NCBI RefSeq assembly: GCF_009914755.1
Contig: NC_060942.1
Strand: one strand, 5' to 3'
From: the human T2T-CHM13v2.0 reference genome, Homo sapiens
Length of the DNA: 64,000 nucleotides
Shown here one piece after another: positions 1 to 13,238 of the stretch. The first letter of the stretch is position 1. Every line of letters begins with the position of its first letter. A program made the position numbers and the translations under genes. Under the pieces are notes generated by a model. The model had not been told where the DNA came from. It was given only the letters and a program-made list of their open reading frames with translations, and did not search any database.

Positions 1-99
1 TGCAAGTGGAATTAGCACTAAAACTGGCTTTTACCTAATTGATACGCAGCTTTATTTTTAAGAGGGAGGGTAATCTCTCAGATTCCCTCTATTGTCTAT

Positions 100-220
100 A
101 ATGTTATCTGATCACCGAGACCTTGACATTCTTGTTCACTGCTATATTCCTAGCACATGAAATACTTACTTCTCCTACTTAGCATTCAATAAATAATCTT
201 AGAATAGATGGATAAATAAA
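100..220 (+). mobile_element. L2 LINE 3' end remnant
   Basis: TTGTTCACTGCTATATTCCTAGCAC...CATTCAATAAATA...GATGGATAAATAAA resembles the L2 3' terminus with its (TGAA)n-like tail. Confidence 0.55.
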
Positions 221-530
221 TTAATATCCACACTGATTTTGCCATTGTTTAATTTTAAGTATTTTGTTTATCATGGGTTCATTAAATAGACCTTTATTCT
301 TGATGGTTTTGTTTTGTTTTATCTGGTGTCTTCTTAAATATTGTACAAAGGCAATTGCCTCACTTCCTTTCCCCTGGTTCCAGCCCTGCATGTGCCAAAA
401 TGCAACATCTGCCATTGAAGTGTTGAATTCTGTTTTAAAAAGGATTTTTTTATGCTTTAATGATTCAAAATAGAAATATTTAATGGAATACATATTTATG
501 TTAAGATTTTTAATAAGAATTGAGATTTTG

Positions 531-578
531 ATATGTCTGTTTGAACATGACACAATATGTCTGTTTGAACATGACACA
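531..578. repeat. Perfect 24-bp tandem duplication
   Basis: ATATGTCTGTTTGAACATGACACA at 531-554 and 555-578. Confidence 0.95.
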
Positions 579-1856
579 ACAAATGAGACAAATATGGAGA
601 TGAGAATAATAAATAATACATTTCTGCTTTGTGATGGTCAAATGCCACCATTTCATTTAAGTAGAGGACAAGGGCAGGTTCAAAAGAACTTCTGCCCAGC
701 TAGAAGGCACTCTATTCGCATGGTAAGGGGATACGCTTCTCAGATTCCACACTGTATGCATAAACTTTCAAGAGTTCATTAACTGTCAGCGTGTGTAATG
801 GCAAGACAAATTGTTTATTTTCACTGTTGTTTTCATGACAAAATCTTGGGAGGGGGCTGCTTAAATTTATTTGATGAACCTGAAAGTGTCAACTCTGTTT
901 GGGTCTGAGGCATCTGAATTCCTTGAATTTCTTTAGTCATTGACCTTTTCTCCCCAATTTTCCTCACTCCTTTTACATTCTCTCTTTATCTGTGAAACAG
1001 TGGCTACAGGAACACACGAGATGAAAAATTAACAAAATTGCATACCATTTGATAATGCTTATGGTACTTTTGATCCCAACAGCTATGTCCTACACTCCAC
1101 AGGTTGATTTTCTAGTCACATTATCCACCGTGGTGGACTGCCTATGTTATGTACAGGTTAGCGGATGAGTAGAAGGATGTTTTGATTACAAATCCTTAAT
1201 CCTGATCCCAAAACTTTGCTACGGTTAGTAAAACTTTCAGATCTTTATATAATAACATTAGTAATTGAACAAACCTCCTGAGCTTTAAGAATCTTAGAAA
1301 AAAAAACCCATTAGGAGATTAGATACCATGCCTAATCCCTGTTTACTCATATAAATATACATCAAAGGTACACACAATTGTATGCAAATTCTTCTAGTGC
1401 TGGCATGGAAGCTGTCATGGAAAAATATTTTTTAAATGTAAAATCAAGAAAACTGTTCCTAGACTGTCAGTTATACACTATTTAGTATCAATTAGCAGGT
1501 TCCACATTATGCTTTCTAATGCCATTTAGCATACATTCGTACATAATGAAGAACATTACCTACAATTGTGAGTCATACCATTTAAAGTCTGCATACATTA
1601 CATATTCCACACACTGAAAGTAAATGGAGATATGAATTCAGCATCAGGCTGGAGATTGAGATCAAATCCTATTTGGATATCATGACATAGGTCTCACACA
1701 TGAATTTTTTTGACATTCTTTCATATTGCCCCAAAGACCTAGAGAAAAGTTCTCAATAAATTAGGGACCTCCTTAGAGAAACACACACCACCACCTTCCC
1801 CCATGCCTCCACCATACACATATGTAACTTGATGCCTATAACCTCCTCTATAGGTA

Positions 1857-2450
1857 TAATCAATTCTTGTTATTTGTGACAGTTACACTCTATAAAGTCA
1901 CTATAAACATTATCAGTGAATACTCAATATTGCCCCGGAAAAAATGCAAGGTTAGGTTACTGGGAGCCTGTGATCCCAACATCTTCATCAACTGTTCAAT
2001 ACTTGACTTGGTTTTATCGTTTACTGTTTAAAGATGCCATATATATATATATTTGATTTGTTAACATTGAACCCATGATCAACAACACCATAATTCATGG
2101 CTGAAGCTTATGTAACACATATTTTCTTTGTAAGGCACATCGCAGCCTGCTTGAGCTGAGGAGCACTAGTCAGCACTTTAGTACTATGCTTGGGGTCATT
2201 TTAAATAGAGAAACCATCAACAAAAAGCATGAAAATGAGAAAAGTGTAGAATAGATAGACCATGAACTGGAGGACATTTGTTTACAGTGTAAAAACTGAA
2301 ATAAAAGGGCAGGAGGCTGACTTGTTTGACATCAGCTGGGAACACACAGGTCAGGAGACTCTATTATGCATGTCCAGGGAAAGTGCCATGAGTATTTTAG
2401 CAAGTAGACACATTTGCAAGTACATAATCTGTAATAATGAGGATCAACTA
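1857..2450 (+). mobile_element. MER82 non-autonomous DNA transposon (TcMar-Tigger), near full length
   Basis: Colinear with the recalled MER82 consensus (GGTTAGGTT..., TTAACATTGAAC..., TAAGGCACATC..., CAGCTGGGAAC...). Degenerate TIRs CAATTCTTGTTATT / AATAATGAGGATCAACT, with TA at the left end. Confidence 0.85.
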
Positions 2451-2719
2451 GGTATGTTTATATACATGTCCTTTTCAAATCATCATATTAACATATTCTA
2501 CTTGGAGATCACCACTGTTAGTCCTTAGAGGATAATTATTCCCAACTACCCCCATAGGATGTCACAGAAAGGTGCCAAATCTACAAAATCCACAGAGGAA
2601 AGTCATCTTATTGAGGGAAGGAATCATATTAGCCTACCACAATATACTGATAGTAAACACTTATGTTTGCAGAGATATGAGTTGCATAAACAAAGCTGAA
2701 AAGGGACTTAAAATGATCT

Positions 2720-2810
2720 AATTATTTTTAGAAATAGGAATGAAGAAGCCCAAGGTCACCTAGTCAGTTACAGCAAAGTGAGGACCAGAATGCAGAACAA
2801 CCCCCTTCTC
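2720..2810 (-). mobile_element. MIR SINE fragment
   Basis: GCCCAAGGTCACCTAGTCAGTTACAGCAAAG...GGACCAGAA resembles the MIR core, antisense. Confidence 0.5.
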
Positions 2811-4208
2811 TCAGTCCTTCTTTTGCAAAACTAACTAAACTTCCAAACTATGTTCTTTTGAACCACTGGGATTTTCATGTCAGCAATTAGCTACTCAGCA
2901 ACATAAACATATTAATTTAGTGTCATGATAAATATATGTGTATTTCAAATCTGTATTAGTAATAACAGTGAGATATAAACACTGTATTCAGCTGGCTTAA
3001 TTCTCTAATTCGGCATCCATTTGCAAATAAACAAACAACTTGCTAATAATAGCAAGTTTCTTTTTGACTTTTTTTTTAATTGGAGCACTGTAGCAAGCAA
3101 ATTATTTACAAATGCAGGGATTATACTATCTGTATCTACCACATTGATACATTGAATATGATAATTATTCTTTACACAGAGGAATCATGTGAGCATATCA
3201 GAGCAAACAAACACAAGCTTGTATGACCTTACCCTTGGTTTTGTTTGGTCCCAGAAGCCAGATTCTTTGTGACTTTCAGCAGAGTTATTTGGGTAACATA
3301 ATTTTTGAAAAGAGTATAAATAGTCAAGATTAATTGACCATATGAAGCAGGAACACTAAGAAATTATAAATCACCAAATCAATTTGGGCAAATATCCCCT
3401 CTTCAGACTTCTCTTGGCCCTCATTTGAATGAAAAATTAAACTATTTTTTCCTGTATTCCTTCCTATAATGAAACCCTCTTTTCATAAACCTTCACTGAA
3501 ATTGGAAGCACAGAGCAATTCAAAAGAATATGGCAAAATATATCCCTCTGCTAACTAATCACAACAGCACTCCAAGCTGTACCCTTTGTTGTTCAAAGGA
3601 AATGACAGTAGGAAAATCTGTCCTTGCCTAGGGTTGTGCCAATATATATAAGGTCTCAATGCCAGCAGCTCCAATGAAAGCAATATGGACTCATTTCTTC
3701 TGACTTCCCTGCTACCCAGAGGACAAAATATCTGTTTCTTAAAATAGCCATGTCTCCAAATTGCATATCAACAGAACACTCTGCATTTTCATATCCCAAA
3801 ATACTGTAACTCAATCAATAATCCAACTCTAAAATTCAGAGCATCTGTATAGCATTCCCTAAACTATCAAGCAATTATATCTCCTCCCTTTCAAAAATGT
3901 CTCTAAGTCACTTATTTACATAGCTTCTTCCTACTAAACAGACAGTAAAATTCATTAACACCCAAACAGGAAAAAATTGTAAAAGGCTCTTGACTCTATC
4001 TCTGCATAGATGTCATAATGTTGTTTCTAACCATTTGGGAGATTAAGTTTCACTTTCTCTCAGTGGTAAGGTCAGTTCCAGCTTCCACTTCTCACAATCA
4101 ATTCAAGACCTCTGGTCAGCCCAAACAGCTTTGCCCAAATCATTAGCATTTAATATTTTAGCAGGAATATACTAGTACTATCACAGTGAATGTGGAAAAG
4201 AATGATCA

Positions 4209-4239
4209 CATTTCCAATTTATTCCATTTCCAATTTATT
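4209..4239. repeat. Tandem duplication, 16-bp period
   Basis: CATTTCCAATTTATT at 4209-4223 and 4225-4239. Confidence 0.85.
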
Positions 4240-4459
4240 TTCCATAGTCAAAAAGTAAAACTGGTAATTACCACTCTACTTCTCATGATTTTGCTTTTAA
4301 GGTTGTTTTTCTTTTTCCAGTAACAAATAACCTTCATCAGATTTATCAGGTGAAATTTAGCTGCTACATCCTTAATCTGTACAACAGAAATGGTAAACTT
4401 AACTTGCATCCTATTTGAGAAGAATTTTAAAAACACAATTAAACAAAGTAACTCATGCC

Positions 4460-4542
4460 AACTAAAGCTGCTTACATTTTCACAAAGTTTTCTGAAATCA
4501 GGAACTAGAGCTGCTTACATTTTCAGGTTTTGTGAAATTAGG
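4460..4542. repeat. Degenerate ~43-bp tandem duplication
   Basis: AACTAAAGCTGCTTACATTTTCACAAAGTTTTCTGAAATCAGG followed by AACTAGAGCTGCTTACATTTTCAGGTTTTGTGAAATTAGG. Confidence 0.85.
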
Positions 4543-5974
4543 AATCATGTAGGAACTGAGTTCAGAAACCCTCCATACCAAATAATACTAGCTTCTTTCC
4601 TAACTCATACTTTAAATTATTGAAATCTCTCAAACTCCCTATCTAGATAATACTTCTAGAAATATTATGATTTAAATATAACACATAATTTTTTTAATGA
4701 GCTCTTTTATTGTCTCAAATGGTATGCAGAGTAGGAGGAATCAATGCTTCTACTAAGAAGCACTCCAGTATGAATATATTAATATTTATGACTTTATGTC
4801 TTATGCAAAGGCATACAGGAGGAAAAAAGTCAATAAACTAAATTAAGTAATGATATTGCAAAGAGCTTATACTGAATGTAAGAAAGACTGATGGTCTATT
4901 ATTAGTCCTCTAGGTCTGTTCTGTCAAGCATTTACCATCAACTTCCTTAAAATCATCAAAAAAACTATTTAACTAGTGAAGCTAAGTTTATCAGGCTTGC
5001 TTCAGTAAGGAAGCACCCTGTACCACTTGGACAGTCCTAATAGTTCTCAGAGAGGGGACAGCAAAAGAGGATATTTACAGGATTATAGACCTAAGATGAA
5101 CTATTTTTAAGGTGGGTCTTTCAAGGCAATAATTGGTTGAGACTGGGCAGAGTTTATAACATACTGACTGTGTATTTTAGGTGCAGAAAAGTGTATATTG
5201 TGGTGTAAGGTATTTGTGTTGATAAGCAAGTTACTTTAGCTGGTTTAGTCTTAACTTCCTAGAATACATATTTCCCGGAGAAAGTATTTAAGTTCTCCAC
5301 CCTAGTCCCAGGGTTGTTTAGCCAGGAACAGAAAACTACGTTAGTTCTCAGAATTCTTAGCACAGGGACAAAAAAAAAAAATACCAGTTCTAATTCTCAA
5401 TTCTGCCTTTAAAACTCTTAGTCTTTAGCAAAATTTCTTCATCATATAGATTAAAAACAGCAACAACAGCAACTAGATGTTTAGCTAACTAAGCAATTTG
5501 ATCAATGTCACACATACCAATTACCTTAGACATAATTCCTAATTCCCAATGCAGCCTTATTTCCATTACTTTTACACAGGAAAAATCGAGTTATATTCTA
5601 ATTTTAATTAAAAGTTTAATCTAATTGTGACTAAAATATGGGTGGCAATAATAAAACTTAGGCTAGAAAACAAACATTCACTTGATTATTCAGTAGCTAA
5701 GGCTGTAATTTCTCATCCTGGGTATTTGTTAGGGATAACTTAAATAATTATTAAAAAGGATTTCAGAAAATTCTTCAAAAGTCCAAAATCTCAAAGAAAA
5801 AGTAAAATTATCAGAGTATGTGGTAATGTATGCACAGCTGAAAGAGTACCACAACAGTGAAGTTATCGGTGCATAGTATAATCTAGAAATGAAATTATCT
5901 AAGATAGACCCTAAATCCAGAGTCACCATTAGTCTCTAAAGCATGTAAGTGGGTATTAGAAATAGTCATCACCT

Positions 5975-6268
5975 GGCTGGGCGCGGTGACTCACGCCTGT
6001 AATACCAGCACTTTGGGAGGCAGAGGTGGGCGGATCATAAGGTCAGGAGTTTGAGACCAGCCTAACTAATGTGGTGAAACCCCGTCTCTACTAAAAATAC
6101 AAAAATTAGCCGGGTGTGGTGATGCACATCTGTAATCCCAGCTATTCAGGAGGCTGAGGCAGGAGATACACTTGAACCTGGGAGGCAGAGGTTGCAGTGA
6201 GCCAAGATTGTGCCCTTGCACTCCAGCCTGGGCGACAGAGAGAGACTCCCTTTCAAAAAAAGAAAAAA
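5975..6268 (+). mobile_element. AluS (AluSg-like), full length
   Basis: GGCTGGGCGCGG start, two monomers and an A tail. 17-bp TSD AGAAATAG(T/A)CATCAC(C/G)T at 5958-5974 and 6269-6285, preceded by TT (L1 endonuclease site). Confidence 0.97.
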
Positions 6269-6380
6269 AGAAATAGACATCACGTTTCGGTAGACTCAGT
6301 TCATCAAGTCTCTCAGTTTTAGAGTATAAAGATGGGCTGGAATTTAGGGTAGACAGTCTTGTATAAAACAGAATCTATGT

Positions 6381-6490
6381 AAGTTATGCATAATTTAAAG
6401 ATGGGAATATATTCGGAGAAATTCATTATTAGATAATCTCATCATTGTGTGAACGTCCTAGCTTGTACCTACACAAAACCAGGTAGTATA
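6381..6490. mobile_element. TcMar-Tigger (Tigger3/MER47-group) terminal fragment
   Basis: AGTTATGCATAATTTAAAGATGGGAATATATTCGGAGAAAT...TTGTGTGAACGTC...TGTACCTACACAAAACC matches the recalled Tigger3-family end. Confidence 0.65.
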
Positions 6491-7999
6491 TACGTATGTT
6501 TGTATGTGGTTGCTCTACCTACATCAGGGATTCTCAGCCCTCTAAAGTTTACTTGTTGCAAAGAGTATTTGTCTGAGGAAAACATACAGATAGAATTACA
6601 ACATACAGTTCAGCGTTCTTATGCTACTTTTGGGTTTCAAGTATGTTTTTAATTTCTATTTGTATGTATAGTAAACAGTGTTTGTAATAGATTTTTATTG
6701 GCTCTTATTTTATGTATTTAAATTGGCTTGCGAGTATATCATAAGACACACTATCCTGGATTCTAAAGATTATAAACCACAGTTGTTGTACCTGCTTTTC
6801 AGTTACTGGCCCCATGCCAGCTCTGTTACAAAACCATAGGAAAAGTGAATATTTAGAAACAAAGCTTTTAGAAGAAAAGTTAATGTACATTTTTTTGCTC
6901 CTTGGTGTCTAAAATCATAGAAAAATTCTGACACACCTGAAGTTAGTCATTTGCCTTTTATGAAGCAATCAAAATTCAAGATTCTATATATGTATATATC
7001 ATTTGGATTTACATAATTTGTCTTTATGACAACTGTAAGTAAATTATAGGAGAATTCATCTTTAATGTTCCAGTATTGCTTATTATCATTTTATTAGTAA
7101 TCTCCCAATATGTCATCATCATCCAGTCATTCAATATAAAAAAAATTTAAATAATATTTAGTCCAGTAACTAAAATAAAACTTATAGCATACTTAAAATT
7201 ATAATCTCTTAGAGAGCAAATAATTTGTATTTCCTGGTTTCCAGAAGAGTAAAACAGCAACTTTACATGGAATCAATTATATAGCTACAGAGAATGCCAT
7301 ACGGTTTGGGGAGAACATTCAGTATTCTATGACAAACTGTTTCGATGTATCATTTATTTGGTTTCCTCTTTTATTTATAACAATAGGATTGTCCATCAAC
7401 CAGTGACAAAACGTTATCACTACCTTTCAATTTACCTGTAAAGTGAATCACAGCTCAGATTGTGAGTATGACCTAAATAAATTGCTGCTTGGCTCTTTGG
7501 ATATGAGGAGTGGCAATGCTAAATAATATCTCAGCAGGAGGTTCTTTGCCACAAGTGTACAGTCTGTCATTTCGATGGTTATTTGATTTTAGAAAACAGT
7601 TTCAAGACATCTCTGGAATCCAATTTAAGACATTTAACAGAGTTGCTTAGGATGATGGTTAACGCAACAGAGCTTTCCAAAGATTTTTGATTTAGAACTG
7701 CCACCAACTCTTTATTTGAATTGGCAAATTCCCACATTCTTCTTCACAATTTGCAGAAAGAAACTGAGAAAGATTAACACAGAGATTCTTGGTGGAAAAA
7801 AAAAAGTATACTTTTATTCCAGAGACAAAATGCATGTGTTTGTATGATGAAATAGTACATAAAAGATAAATGGTGAGCAAGACAAAATAGAGGGAAACAT
7901 TTCATTTTACCTGTCTTGCTAATAAAATAAAATTTTTGGACAGAATACATAAATGACCTACTATAAGAATCTAAAGGAGAAAATGAGGCAGATTATCCA

Positions 8000-9150
8000 G
8001 TGACATCAGGACTTGAGTTACATCCAAGAGATGGGGTCCCTGGGCTTTTTATTGCCTCCTCTATATCTAAGCTCAAATGCTAGAGAAGCACACAGCCTGG
8101 AGACTAGCCAACCAGCACAGATTCCCACACACACCCCCAACACACACCAAAAAGGTAGCCACAAGGAAAACCTACTCTCTCTAGAAAAAAGACCTGGAAA
8201 AGGATAGCCAGTAGACTATCCTCTTCTGCCCTTTCTACTCTTAAGACAAACAACATGACAAAAGTTGTGCCCATCTCTTTTCCCAATGGGCACTAAATTG
8301 ACAGAGCTATTCTCCACCTTCTCCTTCCTGCTGCAGTTACTAGGATGCAGCCATCCCCATAGAGCCTGTAGGTGGATCTCTGACTTCCAGTCCCCCTGAC
8401 CTATAAAAGTGCAGGCCTCTTGCGCACAGGAACTGTGGATAGAATGATCACTTCCACTCCCTGCAGCAACAAAGACGTAGAGACTGTCTCCACAGTAGAG
8501 ACTGTGGACAGAACTCTGACTGTGGCAACCCCACACCCAAGGCGATGTGGAGGAAAACGGGGTGGAGTCCTGTCTTCTGGGTAACACACAAGTGAAGCTG
8601 ACCATGAGAGCACTCACAGCCTTAGTAAAGTAAATTGATGATTGAACCACAGCCCACACAAATGACCAGGACTTCTAAACCTAATAAGTTGACTACCTGC
8701 TCAAATGGAAGACTTAAGTAGGATCGAGTCTTAGAACACAATACTCAGAATGTCTAGGATATAGTTCAATATTGCGTGTCACAGGGAAAACCAAGACAAT
8801 CTCAGCTTGTATGATAAATTGTAATCAACAGATGCCAATACTGAGAGCATATAAATGCGGGAATTTGTCAAACATTTTAAAGCAGTTATAAAATGCACTA
8901 ATGGGCAGCTATAAACATTCTTGAAACACAAGTGAAAAATCAGAAAGTTACAGCAAAGGAATAGAAGATATAAAGAAGAATCAAGTAGAAGTTTTAGAAC
9001 TGAACAATACAATAACCAAGAAAAAAAACAAACAATTCACTGGGTAAACTTAGCAGCAGAATGACTATGACAGAGAAAAGAAAGAGTGAACTTGAATATA
9101 GAAAAAGTAAAAATGACCCAATCTGAGCAACAAAAAGAGAATAAATTTTA
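8000..9150 (+). mobile_element. Old mammalian L1 (L1M) 5'UTR and ORF1 N-terminal remnant
   Basis: GC-richer UTR followed by A-rich coiled-coil-type ORF1 sequence (GAAGATATAAAGAAGAATCAAGTAGAAGTTTTAGAACTGAAC...AGTGAACTTGAA...CAATCTGAGCAACA). Confidence 0.7.
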
Positions 9151-9189
9151 AATAATTGTAACTGATAAAATGTGAAATAAATAATATAT

Positions 9190-9589
9190 TATCACATATA
9201 CATTAGATTGGCAAAATATAAGAAGCTTAACTAAGTGTTGGCAAGAGTATGAGCAACTGGGTCTCTAATAGGCGGCTGATGGAGGGTGAATAATTGCAGC
9301 CACTTTGGAAAACACTTGGCAATATCTGAGAGTGATAACATGTGCATGATCATAACATCCAGCATTTCTGATTGTTTCCTACAGAGATTCTGCCACATTT
9401 GCCTGGTGAAGTGTATTAACTTATTCATCGGAGGATTGTTTGTAAAAGTGAAAAATTTGAAGCATTGTTTACTTATTGAACAGATACATCTTAGAACATT
9501 TGAACATTACTTGAATACAGAGAAACTAAATTACTTATATTTCCATAAGAAACATTTTAAAATATTGAAAGTTGATTTAAAGGTGAATG
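9190..9589 (+). mobile_element. L1ME-type 3' region remnant (resumes ~10474-10700)
   Basis: AGATTGGCAAAA...AAGTGTTGGCAAGAG...CCACTTTGGAAAACACTTGGCAATATCT is old L1 ORF2-end/3'UTR sequence. Confidence 0.6.
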
Positions 9590-10473
9590 AAAAAATCCAG
9601 ATAAGACATACAAATGGCCAACAAACATATAAAAATGCTCAAAATCACTAATCATCAAGGAAATGCAAATCAAGAGATATTACCACATGCCTGTTAGAAT
9701 GGTGTTTATCAAAACGACAAATGATAACAAGTGGTGAGAATGTAGAGAAAAGGGAATCATTGTACACTGTTGGTGGAATGTAAATTGATATAACCTTTAT
9801 TAAAAATAGTATGGAGGTGCCTCAATAATTTAAAAAATAGAAATACCGTATAATCTAGCAGTCCTACTTCTAGGTGTATAGCTGGAGGAAATGGGACCAG
9901 TACCTCAAGGAGATAGCTGCATTCTTATGTTCACTGCAGCATTATTCTTAATAGCTAAGATATGATAAAAGAAGGAAATTTTGCCATTTGCAATGACACG
10001 GATGAACCTGGAGGACATTATGCTAAGTGAAATAAGCCAGACACAGAAAGACAAGTACTGCCTGATCTCGCTTCTATCTGGAATCTAAACAAATCGAACT
10101 CATAGAAGCAGAGAGTAGAATGGTGCTTACCAGGGGATAGGGAGTGTCGGGGGAGGTAAGATAATGTTGGTCAAAGGGTAGAAAGTTTCAATTATGAAGA
10201 ATCAATAAGTTCTAGAGATCTAATGTACATCATGATGACTACAGCTAATAACATATTGTATATTTGAAGTTGGCTGAGTACATCCTAAGTATTCTCATCA
10301 CACTTACCCACTCACCCCATCCCCTGCGAAGATAATTATGTGAGGTGATAGATATGTTAATTAGCTTGATTGTAGCAATCATTTCACAATATATGCATAT
10401 ATCAAAACATCACATTGTATACAGTAAATATATACAATTTTTATTTGTCAATTATACATCAATAAAGCTGGAA
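9590..10473 (+). mobile_element. L1MA9/10-like 3' fragment
   Basis: ORF2 end (ACATACAAATGGCCAACAAACAT...) and 3'UTR ending TTTGTCAATTATACATCAATAAAGCTGGAAA. Confidence 0.85.
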
Positions 10474-11339
10474 ACAACATTTCAGAGTATGAAATGTTTA
10501 TTCCTATTAACATAAATTTTGAAAAATAATATCACATATTCATGATAAATGTATAAAGATGTAGTAAAGTATACAAAATACTGATTAGTGGTTACTTTCT
10601 GATTAGCAATTACTTCTCAGCTGTAACGAAGCTGAGTATGTTTGAGAAGGATTCAAAAGTGCACTTTGAAAACTGTAATTTATTTCTTATTTTCAAAATC
10701 TTGAAGACAATACAACTAAAGTTAACATTTGTTGAATTTTGTCATCCATGACTATTTTTCATACCACTCCTTTACTTTCTTTACAGAGAGTTTAATACAC
10801 AGTGTTTGAAATCGTTTATTAAAAAACAAACAAACAAAAAAAAACCCCTGCTCTCCAAGGTCCTACTCTAGCACGAGGAATAGAATCTAAGCCATGCAGT
10901 TCCAGGCTTTCTGTGTTCCTCAGCCTCACTTTAATTTCTCTCTAATGTGTACTCCTTGTTCTCATGCCATCAATATGTCTTCCATTTCATTAGAAATAGA
11001 TTTATTTAATTTAGTTTCTTCATTTCCAAGTAACAGCGTCTGTATGTTATTTTCAGTAAGATGAAAACCCCAGCTAAAGGGAAACTGACGTCTATGAAGA
11101 AAGTAGCTTTACATACTTCCTCTTTCTACTTAAAGTATTTGTATTTAATAGATAATAAAATATTTTGTTGAGACACCATAATACATAATTATGTAGATAT
11201 TTTTGGGAGACACTAAAGGGAAGTACAAATAAACAAGTTTAACCAATAAAATATTTTCAAAAAATATTTAAGATATAATGTCTAAATCATAAGATAATTA
11301 ATATATATTATTTACTGATTTTATTACAGCTATGCATAG

Positions 11340-11816
11340 TGTGAAATAACTTAAAATGTAAGGCTTATGTGCACAAGACTGAATATACAAATGGACAAGG
11401 GTCTGATCACATATTAAAATAGATCCCGATCCACAATGTGCAACAACCAGTCCAGGAAGCCAAACCACAATCTCTCTAACAATCAGCCCCAAAGAGTCAG
11501 GACTTAATAACTTCTACTTCCGAGAATTTTAACTCTGTTTCCAATCTAGGACAAACCAGACAAAGCCAAATTTCCGGCCCTAATCACACAGAATGCCCCA
11601 CTTTTACTTAGCTGACCTCCAGCTTTCCTATGTGAACAACATACAATCAGAGCATACCTAAAATCTTCCCTTTTTTCAGCTATAAAATATTTACCCTCTT
11701 CTGTCTGCCTTTGAGTCTGCAAAATGCAAATTGTGTTGTGTGACTCCCTTGCTATAGCAACCTCTGAATAAATAGACTTTGCTTGTTCTTATTTGGGTGG
11801 CGTTAATTTCTACACA
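11340..11816 (+). mobile_element. ERV1-class solo LTR (MER89/MER90/MER110 group)
   Basis: TG...CA ends, TATA-like CTATAAAA, and CCTTGCTATAGCAACCTCTGAATAAATAG (poly(A) signal) followed by a U5-like tail. Confidence 0.75.
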
Positions 11817-11849
11817 TGTATTATCAAATGTCTCTCAACATCCTTATAT

Positions 11850-11975
11850 CTCTCTTTGGGGAAAATGAGGCAAAGGAAAGTGTATGTAACTTGCCAAAAG
11901 TAACACAAAATATTAGTTATTGAGCTATGATTTGAACCTAAAATGCATGGTTCCAGATCCTGTACACGCAATATA
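11850..11975 (-). mobile_element. MIR SINE
   Basis: GAAAATGAGGCA...TAACTTGCCAAAAGTAACACA...GATTTGAACCTA...GGTTCCAGA is the antisense MIR core. Confidence 0.7.
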
Positions 11976-12013
11976 ACGAATGATTTTATTACTCCATCTG
12001 ATATAAAATTAGC

Positions 12014-12370
12014 TGTGACAGTCAGGAGAGGAAAGCCTGTGGTACAATGATGTACATACTCTAAAATTTCAGTAGTTTAACATAACAAAGAATTAGTCTT
12101 TGCTCACGTTCTGTAAACACTGTCTGTTGTTTAGAAGCTCTCCAGATTTTAAAATCTGAAACCAGGCTGATCATGGAGCCATCACAGGTGTCAGAGGAAA
12201 AGAAAAAGTGACGCCACTGCACATCAGTTGTTAAGGCTTCCGCTTGGAAGTAACAATCATCATATCTGCTTACGTCATCACTGGCCAAATCGTGTCATAT
12301 ATTTACCTACTTTTAAGGTGCAGAAAATACAATATTTCCATGTACTGGGGAAGAAGAATGATTGATTCAG
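12014..12370 (-). mobile_element. Old MaLR LTR (MLT1J/K/L-like)
   Basis: AAAATTTCAGTAGTTTAACATAACAAAG...CACTGGCCAAATCGTGTCATAT resembles antisense MLT1. Confidence 0.55.
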
Positions 12371-12721
12371 CTACTGAACAAAATAATGGAAAAGTCTTTG
12401 CTTAAATCCTTTAACCATATTGTGTATGAAAAGTTATTTGACTCCTGTTCAAAGACAAGACCACTGCAATTATAAAAATGTACATAATCTCTCTTTCTGT
12501 AATTCTCACTGTACTTAAGCATCAATCATATGAGGGGATTTTCAGTAAAGTATATTTGAGTAGTTTAAAGAGGCACTCTAACTCTTCATTTACTAAATAA
12601 ACCTATAAATATTATGTATAGCATATATTACACACGGTGTAATCATATATATTACATAATAATATCTAAATGCATATAAATAAATATACATTAATACTAT
12701 AGAAATTTATTGCTATAGAAT

Positions 12722-13084
12722 TGCTATAGAATAAATTTTTTTGTCTCCTCAAAATTAATTTGTTAAAGCCTAAGCCCCAATGTGATGGTATTAGGAGGTG
12801 GGGCCTTTGGGAGAAGATTTGGTGATGAGCGTGGAGCCCTTATGAATGGAATTACTGCCCTGATAAAAGAGACTCCAGAGAGCTCTCTACTCTCTTTCCA
12901 TTAACAAAGGGTACAGTGAAAAATTTGGTGTCTACGAACCAAGATGTGGGCTCTCATCTGACACCAAATCTGCTGGTGACTTGATCTTAGACTTCCAGCC
13001 CCAGAACTGTAAGAAGTGAATTAATATTGTGTATAAGCCAAGCAGTCTGTGGTAGTCTGTTATAGCAGACTTTGAACTAAGACC
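12722..13084 (+). mobile_element. MLT1A0-type MaLR solo LTR
   Basis: TGCTATAG...CCCCAATGTGATGGTATTAGGAGGTGGGGCCTTTGGGAG...TTGATCTTAGACTTCCAGCC...CTAAGAC. Confidence 0.9.
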
Positions 13085-13238
13085 ATATAAACCTCCCAAC
13101 AGGTGGTATTTGTGTACATATAACCTTACCTTGTCCCTGACTTAGTGACCTCTCATGTATCAGTATCATAGCTGGTAATGGAAACGGAATTATATTCTGG
13201 ATGTTATTTAATCTTGAATTTTTTACCAAAATAAAACC

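Noticed and set aside
221-782. Overlapping 69-118-aa ORFs with repeated peptides (ICLFEHDT x2)
   Set aside because: The repeat is the in-frame 24-bp duplication; no homology recognised
4960-5400. Possible antisense LTR remnant
   Set aside because: LTR-like texture, but I could not assign termini or a family
8216-8659. 147-aa minus-strand ORF
   Set aside because: It lies antisense within an old L1 5'UTR-like region, has no recognisable domain and no splice context
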